From positions 1 to 34,378 of the forward strand of contig JAHEIV010000002.1 of assembly GCA_024639205.1 (NCBI GenBank): DNA of 34,378 bases, read 5' to 3'. The DNA comes from Deltaproteobacteria bacterium (GTDB lineage: Bacteria > Desulfobacterota > Desulfobacteria > Desulfobacterales > SG8-13). A program made the position numbers and the translations under genes. Every line of letters starts with the position of its first letter. Positions within the stretch are counted from its first letter, which is position 1. A model generated the notes under the pieces. That model was not told the origin of the DNA and did not search any database. It saw nothing but the letters and a program-made list of their open reading frames with translations. Of the stretch, positions 33,151 to 34,378 are shown one piece after another.

Positions 33151-33327
33151 GTGAAACCGAACCCGGTATTGGCTGCCCGTGATCGGTTGGTTGGACCACT
33201 GGTCATTGTCGAAGGGGACGATCCGGCGGTCATGATCACAGACACCGCGCTTTACCTCTTTACCCGGTATCATATTCGCTGCGATACGCCGGAACAGATC
33301 TATTACGCCGGCGGGTGCGGGTGGTGA
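33151..33327 (+). CDS. Speculative short ORF (58 aa) resembling the first half of a bacterial PH-like domain; possibly a gene remnant
   Basis: Hand translation from GTG 33151: VKPNPVLAARDRLVGPLVIVEGDDPAVMITDTALYLFTRYHIRCDTPEQIYYAGGCGW*. It is below the ORF-track length cut-off. The block MITDTALYLF...EQIYYAGGC parallels LVFTDQRILHV...AEIPYAGCS in the downstream gene. No RBS, and a non-ATG start. Confidence 0.2.
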   Translation: MKPNPVLAARDRLVGPLVIVEGDDPAVMITDTALYLFTRYHIRCDTPEQIYYAGGCGW

Positions 33328-33475
33328 CCGGTATTGAGCGCATGGTGGCGGATCAGGCTGTAAACGGCCTTCATCCGACGCTCCCGAAGCGGTTACAACA
33401 CCCAAGGTGATAGACTGTAACTGTCTTTTATCGTTAAATAAATATCGATTTTAGCATCCCGACGCGATTTTATCC

Positions 33476-33504
33476 TTGCAACCACCGGGCGCTGAAGTTA
33501 CAAT
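33476..33504 (+). promoter_or_regulatory. Near-consensus sigma70 promoter
   Basis: TTGCAA (33476-33481), exactly 17-nt spacer, TACAAT (33499-33504). It lies in an AT-rich tract, about 145 nt upstream of ATG 33650. Confidence 0.5.
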
Positions 33505-33649
33505 AGACAATGTATTTTTTTGTATTGCTTTAGCATTACAAATGCGAACCGATTCCGATTTTTCCGCCCAAGCAATGCCATATCGTCCCTGATTCTTTTC
33601 TGGGCAGGGTCTTGGCAGTCATCCGGTCAGTGTGAAGGAAGATTCAGAC

Positions 33650-34378
33650 ATGCAGCGGTCCGCGACCCGCGGTCAGAAAAAAGCGCCTCCGACTGGGGGC
33701 ATTGGTGTGATTCAGCAGCGGATATTCGGCCTTCCCGTTGATCGCAAGGTCTTGTTTTCCAACCATAATAAAGCATATCGCAAGAGAATCGAAAAACGTC
33801 AGCGCAATCTGATCATTCGGGTCACATTCTTAAAGCCCTTTGTTCGCAGCACGGAAAAGATCCTCTGCATTACCACCTGCTATTCACCGGTTACGTTTTT
33901 CGAAAAAACAGGGATCGGATGGATCTTCGTTTACTTGAAAAGATCCCTGCTCGTGTTTACCGATCAGCGTATCCTTCACGTTCCGACCACACCGTCATAC
34001 AAGTACCGGCAATCCGTTGCTGAAATTCCTTATGCCGGCTGCAGCTCCGTTCAGATGAAGGGTCGGTCCCTGGTTATCACTTACAAACGACGGGGAATCG
34101 TTGAAACGTTTTTCAGCCTGGCCGGCAGAGAAAAGAAAAAAATCGGCCAACTGCTCAAGAGCGTATCAATGGCAGGTGAAGCACCTCAAACATCCGGCAG
34201 AACCCATCTTTGTCCCAAGTGTGGCGGTGGTTTGCCGACCCCCGGTAAGCCCTGCGACAGTTGCGGATTGAAGTTCAAAAAAGGTTACGCGGCGGCGCTG
34301 CTGGCGCTGCTCTTTCCCGGAGGCGGATACTTTTATGTCCGGCAGTATGCGTTGGGTACGATGGCAGCGCTGCTGGAG
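33650..34378 (+). CDS. PH-like (bPH/YokE-like) domain + zinc-ribbon + C-terminal TM protein, 3' end cut by the window edge
   Basis: Not in the ORF track because it has no stop. By hand translation it is open from ATG 33650 (RBS GAAGGAAG at 33634-33641) through nt 34378, 243 codons. LLVFTDQRILHVP...IPYAGCSSVQMKGRSLVITY is a PH-like fold pattern. CPKCGG-x11-CDSCG is a zinc ribbon. LLALLFPGGGYFYVRQYALG is a TM2-like hydrophobic segment. Confidence 0.65.
   Translation, partial: MQRSATRGQKKAPPTGGIGVIQQRIFGLPVDRKVLFSNHNKAYRKRIEKRQRNLIIRVTFLKPFVRSTEKILCITTCYSPVTFFEKTGIGWIFVYLKRSLLVFTDQRILHVPTTPSYKYRQSVAEIPYAGCSSVQMKGRSLVITYKRRGIVETFFSLAGREKKKIGQLLKSVSMAGEAPQTSGRTHLCPKCGGGLPTPGKPCDSCGLKFKKGYAAALLALLFPGGGYFYVRQYALGTMAALLE

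Noticed and set aside
33040-33405. 121-aa minus-strand ORF overlapping the lipoprotein gene 3' end.
   Set aside because: It has a Pro/Ala/Arg-rich composition and no RBS, and it overlaps a well-supported gene. It is antisense to the more protein-like short + strand ORF.
1-34378. Scan for CRISPR arrays, IS/transposase or integrase genes, phage genes, toxin-antitoxin pairs, known defence-system hallmarks, and rRNA/tRNA genes.
   Set aside because: I saw no regularly spaced direct repeats. No DDE, tyrosine-recombinase or serine-recombinase motifs appear in any sizeable ORF. I found no tRNA cloverleaf candidates in the intergenic gaps. The window looks like core chromosomal metabolism and signalling rather than a mobile or defence island.

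Overview
This 34.4-kb window is moderately GC-rich. Gene content suggests a Desulfobacterota/deltaproteobacterium-like chromosome; this is an inference with no marker gene behind it. Every gene from nt 1 to 27447 is on the + strand.

Contents in order:
1. A c-di-GMP/two-component pair, consisting of a 5'-truncated GGDEF cyclase and a REC-DUF4388-GAF response regulator, followed by an M1 zinc aminopeptidase.
2. A respiratory super-cluster of about 13 kb (5923-19145). It holds alternative complex III genes in a permuted order (actB-C-D-F-A), then cbb3-type oxidase genes (ccoN, and ccoO fused to an extra c-type haem domain). These are followed by ccoS, a stand-alone FixP_N-like membrane anchor ORF and an orphan acidic membrane-anchored ORF. 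The cluster ends with an ActE-like monohaem cytochrome c and the Cu P1B-ATPase ccoI. Many junctions overlap (ATGA/TGATG).
3. prkA, yeaH/yhbH (DUF444) and spoVR, plus a second divergent PrkA-like AAA gene.
4. A minus-strand FixH/YtkA-like gene and a DsbD_2/TauE-like membrane gene, then a candidate Cys-rich small ORF.
5. ubiE/menG, an SDR epimerase/dehydratase, an amidinotransferase-superfamily enzyme, a lipoprotein, and a 3'-truncated PH-like/zinc-ribbon membrane protein. This last ORF is absent from the ORF track because it runs off the window.

I saw no rRNA, tRNA, CRISPR array, transposase or integrase.

Most worth follow-up:
- the four-gene PrkA/DUF444/SpoVR/PrkA2 module and its long structured leader;
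- the fused ACIII-cbb3 unit with a split CcoP and an orphan subunit candidate;
- the cbb3 assembly genes displaced to the other side of the PrkA module;
- unannotated small ORFs at 27.6 kb and 33.2 kb.

All family assignments come from motif recognition by eye. No searches were run.
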